DNA of 64,000 nucleotides from Camelus dromedarius (taxonomy: Eukaryota). The stretch is taken from positions 45,572,001 to 45,636,000 of the forward strand of contig NC_087437.1 of assembly GCF_036321535.1 (NCBI RefSeq), read 5' to 3'. Numbering within the stretch: the first letter of the stretch is position 1; each line of letters opens with the position of its first letter. Below are positions 1 to 12,200 of this stretch, in pieces. Below the pieces are notes generated by a model. That model had not been told where the DNA came from. It saw only the letters and a program-made list of their open reading frames with translations, and ran no database searches. A program made the translations under genes and the position numbers.

Positions 1-1179
1 GGTTGTTGGGGTTGGGGAGGGATAAGGGACAGATTTTAAAAAGCAAAACCCCAAAGGCTTCTTCCCCACAGTTCAGTGGAACAAGAGGTGGTTAGTGGTC
101 CTGAATAAAATAAAATCCCCGAATTTAGTCAGGCTACCTGGAGACATTTACAGAGCATTATTTAAACAGACGACTGGTGCTTGTGCTACTTAGCTGCGGT
201 TTATTCCCAAAATCTTCTACCCCTGGTCAGGCCACCATCTGATCCAAACAGTGCTACTCATAATGTTTCTCCAGGCAACTCCACAGCAGAGAGCTGAAAA
301 TGAGATTCTCAGTTGAATAGTGTCCCCGTGATTTGATAAGTGACCTTTTGCATCTATCTGCACAGCATCTAGTAACATTTGCAGATGCCAAAGCGTGCCA
401 AAAAGTCTTGACAAAGCTTCAGGTGCACACAGGTGCTTTTTCTTTTCCTTCGCTTTAAATCAGGGTGGAGGGGAGATGTAAGATATCATGGAGTGCCACC
501 AGTACCACTGTGAGACTTAGAATATTTCCCAAATAGAAAAGGAACAAACTTCACTAGAGAAAGGATTCCTAAAGCCACTGCACTTGTTAAAAAGGCATTC
601 AAGGAACTATAGGGAAAAATAACAAACTAGCACTCAATTCATTCTCAAATCTCTCTGAGGGATTAAAATAGTTAAAAGAAAGTTCCCTCACATCTTTAAC
701 TACAGAACTATATATCTCATATCTAGTTTTTACAACCCATCACACAATTCTTATCACACTGAGAACACTGGCGGTCTGACTTTCCTTAAATTTGGCCACG
801 TAAGAACCTGATGTTCCCGCGGTTCTAAGTCCAGCCCATGGGAATCCAAGAAGATGACACCTGTAACAAGATCTGACTGGGAGCCAAAGTTCTTTGGCCA
901 AGACCAATATAGGAAGTGCATCGTGCAGAATTCTGCCTTATCGTGACACCCCTGTATGTGATCCTTAACAACAACAAGATTCCATCAGTATGAATACGAG
1001 ATGGCGTGCTATTATTTTAAAACACCAATATCATATTTGAATTTAAGACACTGCAGTGCTACAACACTGAGAGGAAAAAGCAAAACTGCGTGATACTCCC
1101 ACAGAGTAAATGTGAAATATCAGCACCGTATGATTCAAAGGCAAATATTGAGTATGGGTCTCCCCAACAGTCAAGCATC

Positions 1180-1360
1180 TTAGATTATTTCACACCAACA
1201 ATGCTTATGGTGTGTCTCAGCACTCCTTATGTGCAGAGGAGGAACTGTGGGCACAGAGAGCTTACATAACTTACTTAATGTTCAAGAGCTATTCCATGGC
1301 AAAGTCAGGATTGAAACCCACATAATCTGACTCGAGTCTGTATTTTTAACCTCCACCTTC
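1180..1360 (-). mobile_element. MIR SINE, decayed
   Basis: MIR core in antisense: gcagaggaggaactgtgggcacagagag...ggattgaaaccca...tctgactc. Confidence 0.7.
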
Positions 1361-1659
1361 TGCTGACTCAAAATAATAGTACTGGGCTGACTTATAAGAA
1401 ATGTCTTCTCACTGCATACAGTAAGGAGCCAGAAGAACAGAGAAAAAATAAGAGCAAAGTAAGAGAAGGAATTTTTTGCCAAGAAGACTTAAGAAAAGGG
1501 ATTTTGTGCAAATCCGTATAATAAATACAAGGAGACAAAGCACAAAGCACTTGAGGGTCCCAAATAATAGCTAAAACTTAGACACATCTTCATAATTATA
1601 TAATTATATGTGATAGAATCTTCTAGGTTCTATTCCATGCTACCACAGTGCACTATAAT

Positions 1660-1815
1660 TATCTATTTTCACCTAAGTCTCCCTGCTGGACTGAGGATGT
1701 GGTCAGAGTCCCATTCACCATTGAATCTGCAGAGCTTAGAACGGAGACTGGTACACAGCAGATATTCAAATAGTGTTGAATGACTGGATGGCAGAATGAA
1801 TGAATGAATGAATGC
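1660..1815 (+). mobile_element. L2 LINE 3' end
   Basis: ctggtacacagcagatattcaaatagtgttgaatga followed by the (GAAT)n tail typical of L2. Confidence 0.7.
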
Positions 1816-2927
1816 TTCAGACACAAGTTAACATTTATATATGGAAAACACTGTGAGATTTTCAGAGAAGGAAAAGAACTATGAAGGGATGAAGCAGTTA
1901 AGTTAAATATCTTAAGGAGGTAGGTCTTTATGTGGATTACACAGAATGAGTGGAACTTTACATTGAGATGAGAACTCACTGAAAAATGACAAGCTGTCAC
2001 TTTTAATGGCATGCCAGCTTGTCTCACCTAAACTTTCCTATTTTAAGAGCAAATACTTAAAACGGCAATACTGTTTTCTTTTAGGAGCTGAGTTGAACAA
2101 CCCCAGGAACAAAGAGCTATGAATAGAAGATACAGTATAGTTTGGCAAACTATAAGCAAGAAAGGGGCTAAAGTAAAACTAATTAAAAAGTATATTTTTA
2201 AAAGTCTACAACCTGTTTTTCAAGAATTGTCTCAGCTCACACAACTGCCTATGAACGTTCTGTTATCTGCTAGGAATATTGCCGTATTCCCACAGCCTTA
2301 TAATTTAGATTTCTACCACTCCCTAATTTTAATGGATGTTTAAAGAGTTTCATGGTCCTCTGATGATTGCTTTAAAAAATGCATTCTCATAAAGAATACA
2401 CAGTGATGCTGCTTTAGCACCAGTATACATTTTTATAGTTACTCTTACCAAGGGATATTTAAATTACAACAAAATGTAATTTACTCCAACCTGAGAAGCA
2501 CACTCAGAACAAGCCATTACTCTTCTGCACTTCCAGTACATCATTTTCCTCATTAGATTTTGCTGGCAAAATCTTCCCATTCATGTGCATTCTTCAGTGA
2601 TATAAGTTTATATTCAATTGATTGCTTGTAGCAATCAATTTCTTAAAAGCTATTCTTAAGTTGGATGTCTGAGTTTATATATGCAGTATAATATCCGGGA
2701 AAAAACTGAATTGTCATAATCAGCCACAGACCTGGAGTTAGAAAATAAAGGAACCAGGTTGGAAGGGGTAAGGAAGAAAGTTAGTAAAATTGTCTTCCTT
2801 TATTAGCATAGATGGAATCATCATTTTCAGTGCCAAAATCTGGGATGTCTTAGTGACTATCAATTATTTTATTCCATGATATTCACCTTTCAAGATTTTG
2901 GAATGGTGATACTGAGTTAAACTACAG

Positions 2928-3963
2928 CAGGGTCTTTAAACTTTTCGTGTCATGATCACTATTGGAATGTTGATGAAGCCTGGAGATCCCTTCTGTATTA
3001 GTTACCTAATGCTGCTGTAACAAGTTACCACAAACTTAATGACTTAAAACAACATATATTTTATTCTGATCTACACTTTTGTAGGGGACAGAAGTCTAGT
3101 ATGGGTCTCACTAGACTAAAACCAAATTTTGGAGATTCTAGGAGATAATCTATTTCCTCCTCATTTGGGTTGTGGGAAGATTTCAGTTCCTTGCAGTTTT
3201 AGGATCAAGATCGCCTTTCTTTGCTCCTTGCAGCTGAGGGTCTTTCCCACTACATCCTGTCATTCATGTTGCCTTCCTCCACCAACAGTAGGTCCAGTCC
3301 TTCTCATGTCACATCTCTCTAACCCAATAGTCTTTCTTTCTCTTTTACTGTTAAGGGCTTTTGTGATTACACTGGGCCCATCTGGAAAATCTGAAATAAT
3401 CTCCCAATTTTAGGGTTCTTAATCTTAATCATATCTGCAAAGTCCCTTTTGCTGTGTAAAGTTACAAATTTACAAATATAAGGAATTAGAGTGTGGACAT
3501 CTTTAGGGGCCATTATTCTGCCTACCATGCCACCTCAGAATAATTTTTGTTTTATAAAATAAAAATAGAATTTAAAAGGAAAATAATTGTATCTAAATAT
3601 AGTTCATAAAAAATTTTAAACAAATTTGTGATATGGTTACAAATGTGCTTTGTCATTGAAGCAATAAATAATAGGATCAAATTTGGAGTCTATTAATTAA
3701 TGTATTCTTCAAAGTGTTGAGCATAAATTATATTGTGATTACTGGCAAAAACTAAATGTGATATGAAAATATGTATGAGTTGTATTGGTAACAGGGCGAC
3801 AGGTACTGCCAGTTCTATGGTGGTTTGTTGCTTATGTCTATAATGGAAAAAAAAATGCTAAATTTTAGTTTGAAATCAGTAAAAGTTAAATATGTACACC
3901 TTCCCTCTCAAATTCACCGAACCACTGGATCTTAATCCCTGAATTCTTGGTACAAGGACCCTG
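2928..3963 (+). mobile_element. hAT-Charlie DNA transposon (Charlie4a-like), split by an MLT1 LTR
   Basis: Begins cagggtctttaaacttttcgtgtcatg...gatgaagcctggagatcccttc and resumes after the LTR as ctcagaataat...aaacaaatttgtgatat, matching the remembered Charlie4a consensus. Confidence 0.7.
2994..3529 (-). mobile_element. MaLR MLT1 solo LTR
   Basis: Termini tgtattagttacctaatgctgctgtaacaagttaccacaaact... and ...gtggacatctttaggggccattattctgcctacca. Confidence 0.85.
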
Positions 3964-4024
3964 AAGTTCTGGTCTTTTTCCCAATATACTTTAGTTCAAA
4001 CTTTCAGTATGAGTTTTCTATTTG

Positions 4025-4760
4025 TACCAATTAAAAGACAGAGACTGTCAGAATGGATCAAAAAACAAGACTCAACTACATGCTGTCCATGAGAAACTCA
4101 CTTTAATATAAACACATGTAGATTAAAAATAAATGGATGGAGAAAATATACCATGATGTCACTAACTAAAAGAAAGTAGAAGTGGATGTATTCATTTCAG
4201 ACAAAGCAAACTTCAAATCAAGTAAAGCTATCAGGGATATAGAAGACCATTACGTAATGATAAAAAGGTTAATTTTATAAGAAGACATAAAAATTCTTAC
4301 AATGTATGTGCCTAACCACAGAGCATCAAACTACGAGGCAAAAACTGATAGAAGTGCAAGGAGATATAGATGAACCCATTATCATAGTTGGAGATGTCAA
4401 CACCTCTCTATCAGAAAGAGATCCATCAGGCAAAAAATCAGTAATGACAGAGGTGACCTCAACAACATCATCAATCAACTAGTTATAATGCACATCTCTA
4501 GACCATTTCATTCAACAACAGCAGAATATACGTTCTTCTCAAGCTCACATGAAACATTCACCAAGTTAAACCACATTCTTGGCCATAAAATACACCTTAA
4601 CAAATAAAAAAAATAAATAAATCACACAATGTCTATTCTCAGACTACAATGGAATTAAACAATATAATATAAACAATAGCAATGAATAACAAGCAGATAC
4701 TGGAAAATCCCAAAATACATGGAGATTAAACAACATACTTCCAAATAACACATAAATGAA
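4025..4760 (+). mobile_element. Old L1 (L1M) ORF2 endonuclease region, decayed
   Basis: ccaattaaaagacagagactgtcagaatggatcaaaaaacaagac...; atcatagttggagatgtcaacacc (IIVGDxNT motif); gttaaaccacattcttggccataaa. Confidence 0.9.
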
Positions 4761-4934
4761 AAGATCTTAATGACTGCATTGAGCCCATCAGATAATCTAA
4801 AATAATTTCCCCCTCTCAAGGTCCTTAACTTAATTATATCTTCAAAGTCCATTTTTCAATATAAAGTTAAATATTCATAGGTAAAAATATCATGACTTGT
4901 ATATCTCTGAGGAGTCATTATTCTGCCTACCACA
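4761..4934 (-). mobile_element. MLT1 LTR half-fragment
   Basis: Ends ...gagtcattattctgcctaccaca, the same terminus as the MLT1 at 2994-3529; the other half is missing. Confidence 0.75.
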
Positions 4935-5441
4935 ACCAGCAATGAATAATTAGAATTTGAAATTAAAATAACAATAACACTTACAATAGCAAAAAATTTA
5001 AGTTAGGTATAAGTCTAGCAAAATATTATAAGAACTATATGTGCAAAACTACAAAACTTTAATGAAAGAAATCCAAGAAGATCTAAATTAATGGAAAGAT
5101 ATTTCATGTTCATGGATTAGAAGATTCAATATCTAACGGTGTCACTCCAGTCCAACTTGGTCTGTAGATTCAATGCAACCCCAATCAAAATCCCAGCAAG
5201 CTATTTTGCAGAAATCAACAAGCTGATTTTAAGATTTATATGAAAAAGCAAAGGATCTAGAATAGCCAACACAATACTGAAGGGGAAGAACAAACCCAGA
5301 GGACTTTCCACTATCAAATTTCAAGGCTTATACAATAAGGCTACAGTAATCAAGATAGCATGATCGTGGCAAAGAAATGGACATACAGTTCAAGGGAGCA
5401 GAACAGAAATCCCTGAAATAGACCCATACAAATATAGTCTC

Positions 5442-5540
<99 letters not shown>

Positions 5541-5560
5541 ATGTGTGTGTATGTGTATAT

Positions 5561-5617
<57 letters not shown>

Positions 5618-6622
5618 TATATATATATATATTTTTTTTTTACAAATGAGTAAAGACAATTCAATGGAGAAAAGATAGTCTTTTTCAAAAGATGGTGCTG
5701 GAACAACTGAACTTTCACATGTCAGAAAATGAATCCAGACACAGACCTTATGCCTTCCTCAAAAATTAACTCAAATGGATCATACACTGAAATGTAAAAT
5801 TCAAAGCTATAAAATTTCTTGAAGAGAAAAATCTGTATGACTTTGGGTTTGGTGACAAGAAATTAAACACCATTAGCATGATCCATGAAAAAAATAAGCT
5901 GGAGTTTATTAAAATTAAAACTTCTCTGTGAAAAGGAATGTCACTAGAATGAAAAGCGAAGCTACTGACTAGGAGGAATTATTTGCAAAACTCATATCTG
6001 ATATATTCAAAATATACAAAGAACTCTTAATGATAAGAAAAACAATCCAACTATAAAATGGATATATTATCTGAATGAAAACCTCACCAAAGAAGATACA
6101 CAGACAGCAAATAAATATAACAAAAATAATTTTTCATTAGGGGATGGTAAATTAAAACAAAAATGATATATTACCATGCCTCCATTAGAATGACTAAAGT
6201 CTGAACAACCAATAATACCAATTGCTGGTGAGAATCTGGAGTACTAATAACTTTTACTCATTGCTAGTAGAAATGCAGAATTTTGCAACTGCTTTGGAAG
6301 TTTGATAATTTCTTATAAAACTAAATATAGTCTTACCTTATAATCCAGTAATTGCACTCCTCAGTACTTATCCCTTATCTGAAATCTTATGTCCTCACAA
6401 AAGCCCACGTGTGAATGATAACAGCAGCTTTACTTACAATCATCAAAAACTAGAAGCAACTAAGATGTCCTTTATTAGGTGAATGGATAAATTGTGGTAA
6501 ATCCATAAAAATGGAATATTATTCAACAATAAAAAGAAACAAGCCATTAATTCATAAAAAGACATGGGTGAATCTTCAGTTCATATTGCTAAGTAAAATA
6601 AATTGGTATAAAAAAGCTACTT
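4935..6622 (+). mobile_element. Old L1 ORF2 C-terminal region and start of 3'UTR, decayed
   Basis: tgttcatggattagaagattcaat; aaggctacagtaatcaagatagcatg; ORF track MEYYSTIKRN at 6511 is the typical L1 ORF2 end. Confidence 0.9.
5438..5641. repeat. Compound microsatellite (CT)n(TA)n(TG)n(TA)n(CA)n(TA)n(CA)n(TA)n(T)n
   Basis: Read directly from the sequence; lies inside the L1. Confidence 0.97.
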
Positions 6623-6623
6623 A

Positions 6624-6765
6624 TGGTGGTCCCTCAGTTTCCACAGGGGATTGGTTCCAGGAACCACCCTCATGTATACAAAATTCCGGGAATGCTCAAG
6701 ACCCATAGTCACATTCTGTATCTGTGGGTTTCACACCCACAGATTCAACCATTCTAGACTGAGTG
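6624..6765 (+). mobile_element. Tigger-family MITE (MER2/MER8-like)
   Basis: ggtccctcagtttccacaggggattggttccaggaacc...aaaattcc..atgctcaag...cacagattcaacc. Confidence 0.75.
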
Positions 6766-7329
6766 CCTTTACTTGAAGCACAGAGTCTACATCATGACAA
6801 ATCATGGTGAATTCTGCCCTCTTTTTCTCAGACATGAAATTTGGCTTGGATTCTCTCTCTTTCAAAAAATTTTTGAAAATTATCTGAAATGGTCTCTAGT
6901 TTACAAAATCTTCATCTTGAAGACTTGGAGTGAGGCATAGAAAGCCCAGGCCTTTGGATGAACTCAAAGTTTCCCCTTTAATGCACATTTCTTCATTATC
7001 TGAATGATAAAACACAGAAGGATAAAACTGGGTGATAAAAACTTTAAAAAACCTGCCTTGAACCTGCCTATTCTGAGGAAATGAGTTTTGAAGGCTCTTC
7101 TAAGTGTGGACAAATTAGAATCCCACACTGCAGTTTGAGGCCAATATGCCACCTAGAAATAAAATGTTTTGTTTGGGTTTAGTATGGCATGGTCTTGCCT
7201 TTCATACCTGTCCTTCCAGAACTTCTTATGGTTGTTCTAAAAGAGTAAAATCCAACTTGCTCAGGATCCTTGGTCTCAACCAAATATTCCCTTTAAAATG
7301 ACCAACAGGACATTCTGCAATACTTGACC

Positions 7330-8385
7330 ACACTAAGCGCTATCTCTGAAGTTCCCCAATCTCTTGTTGCCTAATTCTTTTCATTTTTAAAAGTAACTAG
7401 TGCCTAAGCATACGTTTTCTGCCTCCTCTGTGCCTACTTCTGTTTTCCCTGTGTAGCTCTTCTTCTGTCTGCCCTGAAAACACTGTTTAGGAGGTTCCTG
7501 GACTCATGTCTCTTGTTACCACAATCTTTCAGTCTCTGGGAAATTTCACCCACTCACATAGTTTCAACCGAAATGTAAACTCTCCCTATTCCCACATGTA
7601 TATTTTTCTGCACAAAAATCTCCCTAAAAGTACAGAGACTCATAAAGCTACTTCTCTGCTAAACTACTTCATTGGTTGATCTAAAAGCAACTTGCAAGCA
7701 GCATGTGCACACTTCAGTTCCTATTCTGAAACCACTCTTACTTTAACTCAGTTGGTGACATCAGAGTCCGCACACCAACGTATGATCCTTCGCTCCTTTC
7801 TCATTCTCGTGCTCCATCTATCACCAAGTATCTGTCATGTGACTTCCAAAATATGCATCATAGCCATCCCATCCTCTACTCCCACAGCCCTACAACAGTG
7901 TAGGTCAGCACCTACACTACTGTACCAGTGTCTTAATTTCAGTCCAGCTCCCACTCTTGTTTTGGTTGTAGTCTCCACAATACTACCAGTATGCTACTCT
8001 GCAACGCAAAGGTGACTGTATTCTTATCCTGCTTAAAAACCTTCAGTGAGTCCCTGAAATCTACAAGAAAAATACTAATTTCATTAGCATGAAATAGGCT
8101 CTGCTGTTTCTCAAGCTTCTGTTCTTGCTTCTGCTATCTTCTTTGCCTGGAATGATCTCCCAGCACCACTCCTAAACTACCCTTCCTGTATGCTCCCCTG
8201 AATACCTCAGGTATCTCTCTATCTCTGAGCTAGCCATACTACTTTGTAACTATACATTTATATTTCTGACTGTGTCTGAAGGTAGCACTCAATGTTAGAT
8301 CAAAACGTTTATATTTATTTACCTACATGTGTCCATACCAAGCAGCATATGACATACACCAAGCACTCAATGAATATGTGTAAAG
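7330..8385 (+). mobile_element. L2 LINE fragments through the 3' end
   Basis: cctgcttaaaaaccttcagtgagtccc; ttgcctggaatg; caagcactcaatgaatatgtg; followed by a purine-rich tract to about 8460. Confidence 0.65.
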
Positions 8386-10352
8386 GAGAGTGAAGGAAAG
8401 ATGGAAAGAAGGAAAGGAGGAAGAGAGGGAGAGAAGACAGAGAGATGAGAGGAAGGAAGGAAATTCTAAAGAAGATTATGACCCAAAGAAAGAATCCATT
8501 AATAGTGGTGGACGATTAGAACTGTAATATTTGAGAAGGAAAGCTACCTTTGAATATCAGAATTTCACCAGGTCCTCCCAAATAGCACAGCACAGCTTAG
8601 ATGACTGCATGCCTTTCTCACACCTTGATTGAAGATAGTGTTTGAAAAGATGATAGTATAATATAGGCCAGAAATTATGCTATTTTGGGGTATTCCTTTT
8701 TTCAAAGCCATTCTCAGAAAGATGCTCAGGGAATTCTTGACTAACCACAGAGCTAAATGCCATTAACTCTCCATTTTTAAAAAACTGACTATCTGATGTG
8801 TGAATTTTCCGGACCTTTTGATTGTTCTGCCTCAGGCTCTTTAATTGCTCATTAGAGACTCAAAAGAGGAAGGAGACAAGTCAACCACATCTGTCACTTG
8901 TTAGTGCCTGTAGTAAAAATGTATTGGTTAGAGAGGCTGAAATCATGACTTTTATTTTTATATTATACCAAATCCTCATTATCACAGATAATAGAAAGTG
9001 GTCTCTATTCAGCCCACATTTTCCTAAAATTGATTTTGGAAATTTCCATATTGCCATCACTCAGGATGTTAATGAATATATTTAATGTATTTTATGTACA
9101 TAAGGCACCCTAATTGTCTCTGATATAGGCAAATACATAAACTACTGTGTTGCTAACCAATGACAGGACTGAGCATGTAGCTTTCAGTCAAGGGTCATGT
9201 AGTTGAGGCAACAGCCATCAACATAATAGCTCCAGCAATTTAACTTAAATTGAACAGAGAATTTCTTTAAGTAATACTACCTAATGCCATGCATATCTGA
9301 TATAATACTTTGGGTAGACTCCATAATTGCAATTTTTGTTTCTCCTTCTGTCTTTACAAATTACTATAATGCTAGATATTTCCGACTTACATCCCTTGAC
9401 AATATTTATCTGGTCAGGGGGTTAGATTTTTATTCTATCTGGTGATGTAATACTTGGAAGCATTTGTGACTCTTGCCAATCAGGCCAGTTCTAAGAAGGA
9501 TTAAATTCTTCGTTTTACTTCTGAGGCTCAAAGTGCACCAAACATTTGAACAAACCTTGTTGACTATCCAATTTAAAAGAGGCAATTAACTCTACTTAAA
9601 AGACCTTTCAAAATTAAACTATGCAATATGGCACCTCTCAAAGGCCAGGCTCAATTGCAAAGATTGTATTATCATTTTTCATATTATCACTTTCATGATT
9701 TTCCCTAACTTTTTTTCTTGTTTTCTTTGTCAGAAGTCGCTTTTCAAATCTTTGCATCATTAGAAGCCATCTAAGTTCCTGTCAGAACTTCATATTGTAG
9801 ATTGCTTGTAGTTGTTCTATATTACTGTTTTCTGCCTCATTTCACATCTGCCTGACAAATAGGCTAATTAAAAGCATTTATTTCCTTGGACCCTGACAAA
9901 AAAGGAGTAACAGATTTACTACCTTTTTCTCTTTGTGTAGCTAACAAGTATAAATGTTATAAATTTCTCTATAGGTGGTCAGTCTTTTACAGCTTAGTTG
10001 CTACCTTTCCATAAAATATGAACACAAAAATTTGAATTTAGGGAAAAGCAATATAGATTTCTCTGTTGAACTAGGAATAATTTCTTATTTTTTAAAAATA
10101 ACTCTAAAAATATGCACATCTTCAAAAAATCAATTTACAAGGTACACCAAGTTCAATGGTTTTTCATGTTAAAGTGTCATCACTAATTAAGGCATTTTAT
10201 TAGCATGGCCCAAATAGTGTATCATTTGTGTTGCAGCTTGAAGACTTTGAGTCAAAAAGATCAGAAATTATTTGACAGGCAGACAGGATATATATCTACT
10301 CTTTTTTTTTTTTAATTGTTCTAGGCTGTGGGAGGGGGAACTTCATCACTAC

Positions 10353-10554
10353 TGCTAAAAAACAAACTTCAACTGAATAAATTTTAACAATCTTATCCGC
10401 TTTATTCAGTCAGATTACCTAACTAGTGCTGGTCAGGTGATTCCTAATTGATTGACTTAAAACTTCTTTCTAGGAGAGCTGAAGCTGTAATTAAGTCCCA
10501 GTTTGGTGACAAGGGTCTTAGCATAAATGACTCTATTTGGGGCCTGTTGTCCCA
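10353..10554 (-). mobile_element. Short ERV1-class (MER41-like) solo LTR, probably internally deleted
   Basis: TG...CA termini flanked by 4-bp direct repeat CTAC (10349-10352, 10555-10558); antisense AATAAA (tttatt); aaatgactctatttggggcctgttg resembles MER41-group ends. Confidence 0.6.
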
Positions 10555-10787
10555 CTACTACCCAAGGGGTTTTGCATGTCCATAGTTTGCATGTCAGTCA
10601 ATAGGATACCAACACCAAAAGCCTAAAGATGCAGGAAGCCTTGGCTTCATTAACATAGCTGAATTCTTCCTGCTTAATAAAAGAATGGTGGCACCCTGTA
10701 GTGTTTATTCAAGACAGAAAATATCTATTTGTAGTATCTACTGATTGCTAGATCAGGATTATGATGTTTTATTCTGATTTTATTTCA

Positions 10788-11465
10788 TTTTTAAGCTTTT
10801 AATGAGGTACAATAACACATAGAAAAATGCAGATTATAGTTGTGTAATTCAAAACCCTTTAACAAACTGAACACGCATGGATAACCACCACCCAACTTAT
10901 GAAACAGAATGCTGACAACCTCCAAAAGCCCCTCTCGTGCCCCCCTTCTTATTACAGTGGCTTCTACCACCATAGATTCATTTTTCAGTGTTTTAAATTT
11001 ATGTAAATGGAATCACATAATATGTACTCATTCAGTTCTGGATTCTTTCATTCAACATTATTATTATTGTGTGTGTGAGAATCATCCATGTTGTTGCACG
11101 TAGCTGCATTTCATTCATTTTAATTGCTATATAGGCATTTCACTGTATTTATATACAACAACCACCCACTCTACTGTTGAGGATATTTGGCTTATTTCTA
11201 ATTTAGCGCTAGTATGGATAGGGTGGCTATAAACATCCATATGTATATATTTTGATGAATATGTGTATTCATTTCAAAGTTTCATATACCTAACAGTGGC
11301 ATTGCTGGATCATAGGACATGACTATACTGAGCTTTAGAGATACTAGCAAATAGATTCCCCAAATGTTTTATACCAATTTACTCTCCTATCAATAGTGCC
11401 TGAGCATTCCAATAGTTCCCCATCCTCAATGACACTGGGCATTTTCTATCTTTTTCATTTTAGCT
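10788..11465 (-). mobile_element. Old L1 (L1ME/MD-like) 3' end
   Basis: aaatggaatcacataatatgtactc; atcatccatgttgttgcacgtagc; gtggcattgctggatcatagg; taccaatttactctcc. Confidence 0.85.
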
Positions 11466-11859
11466 CAATCGATTGTTAGGCTCTTATCTAAAACCTCCAT
11501 GGAAACAGTGAAGTGAAAAAAATAAATATTATTACCACTCAAATGTTTGGTACTACAAGAAATAAAATGGATGTAGAAACAGACACTCAATAATATTTTA
11601 ACAATAACAATAAACATGTGAAATATCTTTCCCATGCACCTAAGAGATACACTGATATCAATAAGGGATTATCAAATAAATTGTCTTTTAGAATAAAGGT
11701 ACACCTATTACACCATGGAACATGATTCCCTGTGTGTATGATACTCTGTATGCATTTGTAGAAGGTATAAAAATGAAGCTGAAGAAACTAAAATACTACA
11801 AATAGATTTCCTTTCAACTATCTTTCCAAATCACATATATGAAAGAGTTCAAAAACTTT

Positions 11860-12200
11860 TATTCATTCATTTAACTTTACTAATGTCAGGAACTGTGCTG
11901 GATGCTAGAGATATAAAATCAAGTAAGGGATGGTCCCTACTCTCAAGCCATTTAACATGAGGCAAATAAGAGCAAGTAATTTAGCAATAACAATGGAGAG
12001 CAACATACGTTGTGATAGGGATAAGCACACAGGACTACTGGCACACAGAGCAACTACTGTGTGTGGTAGAGAAGTCATTCTAAGAGAATAGCTTCCCAGT
12101 GAGGGCGAAACTCAAGCTAATCTGTAAAGGAAAAATGCAAGCTAGTTATAGCATACGTTTCTGAAGGGGTCTTCTAGGCATACAAGTAGAATGTCCAATA
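11860..12200 (-). mobile_element. L2 LINE 3' portion
   Basis: attcattcatttaac...tgtcaggaactgtgctggatgctagagatata...ggtccctactctcaag. Confidence 0.7.

Noticed and set aside
8..28. G-quadruplex motif at the window start
   Set aside because: Common in mammalian DNA, with no supporting context at the window edge.
5350..5718. ORFs with [16 protein letters not shown] runs
   Set aside because: Translations of the dinucleotide microsatellite.
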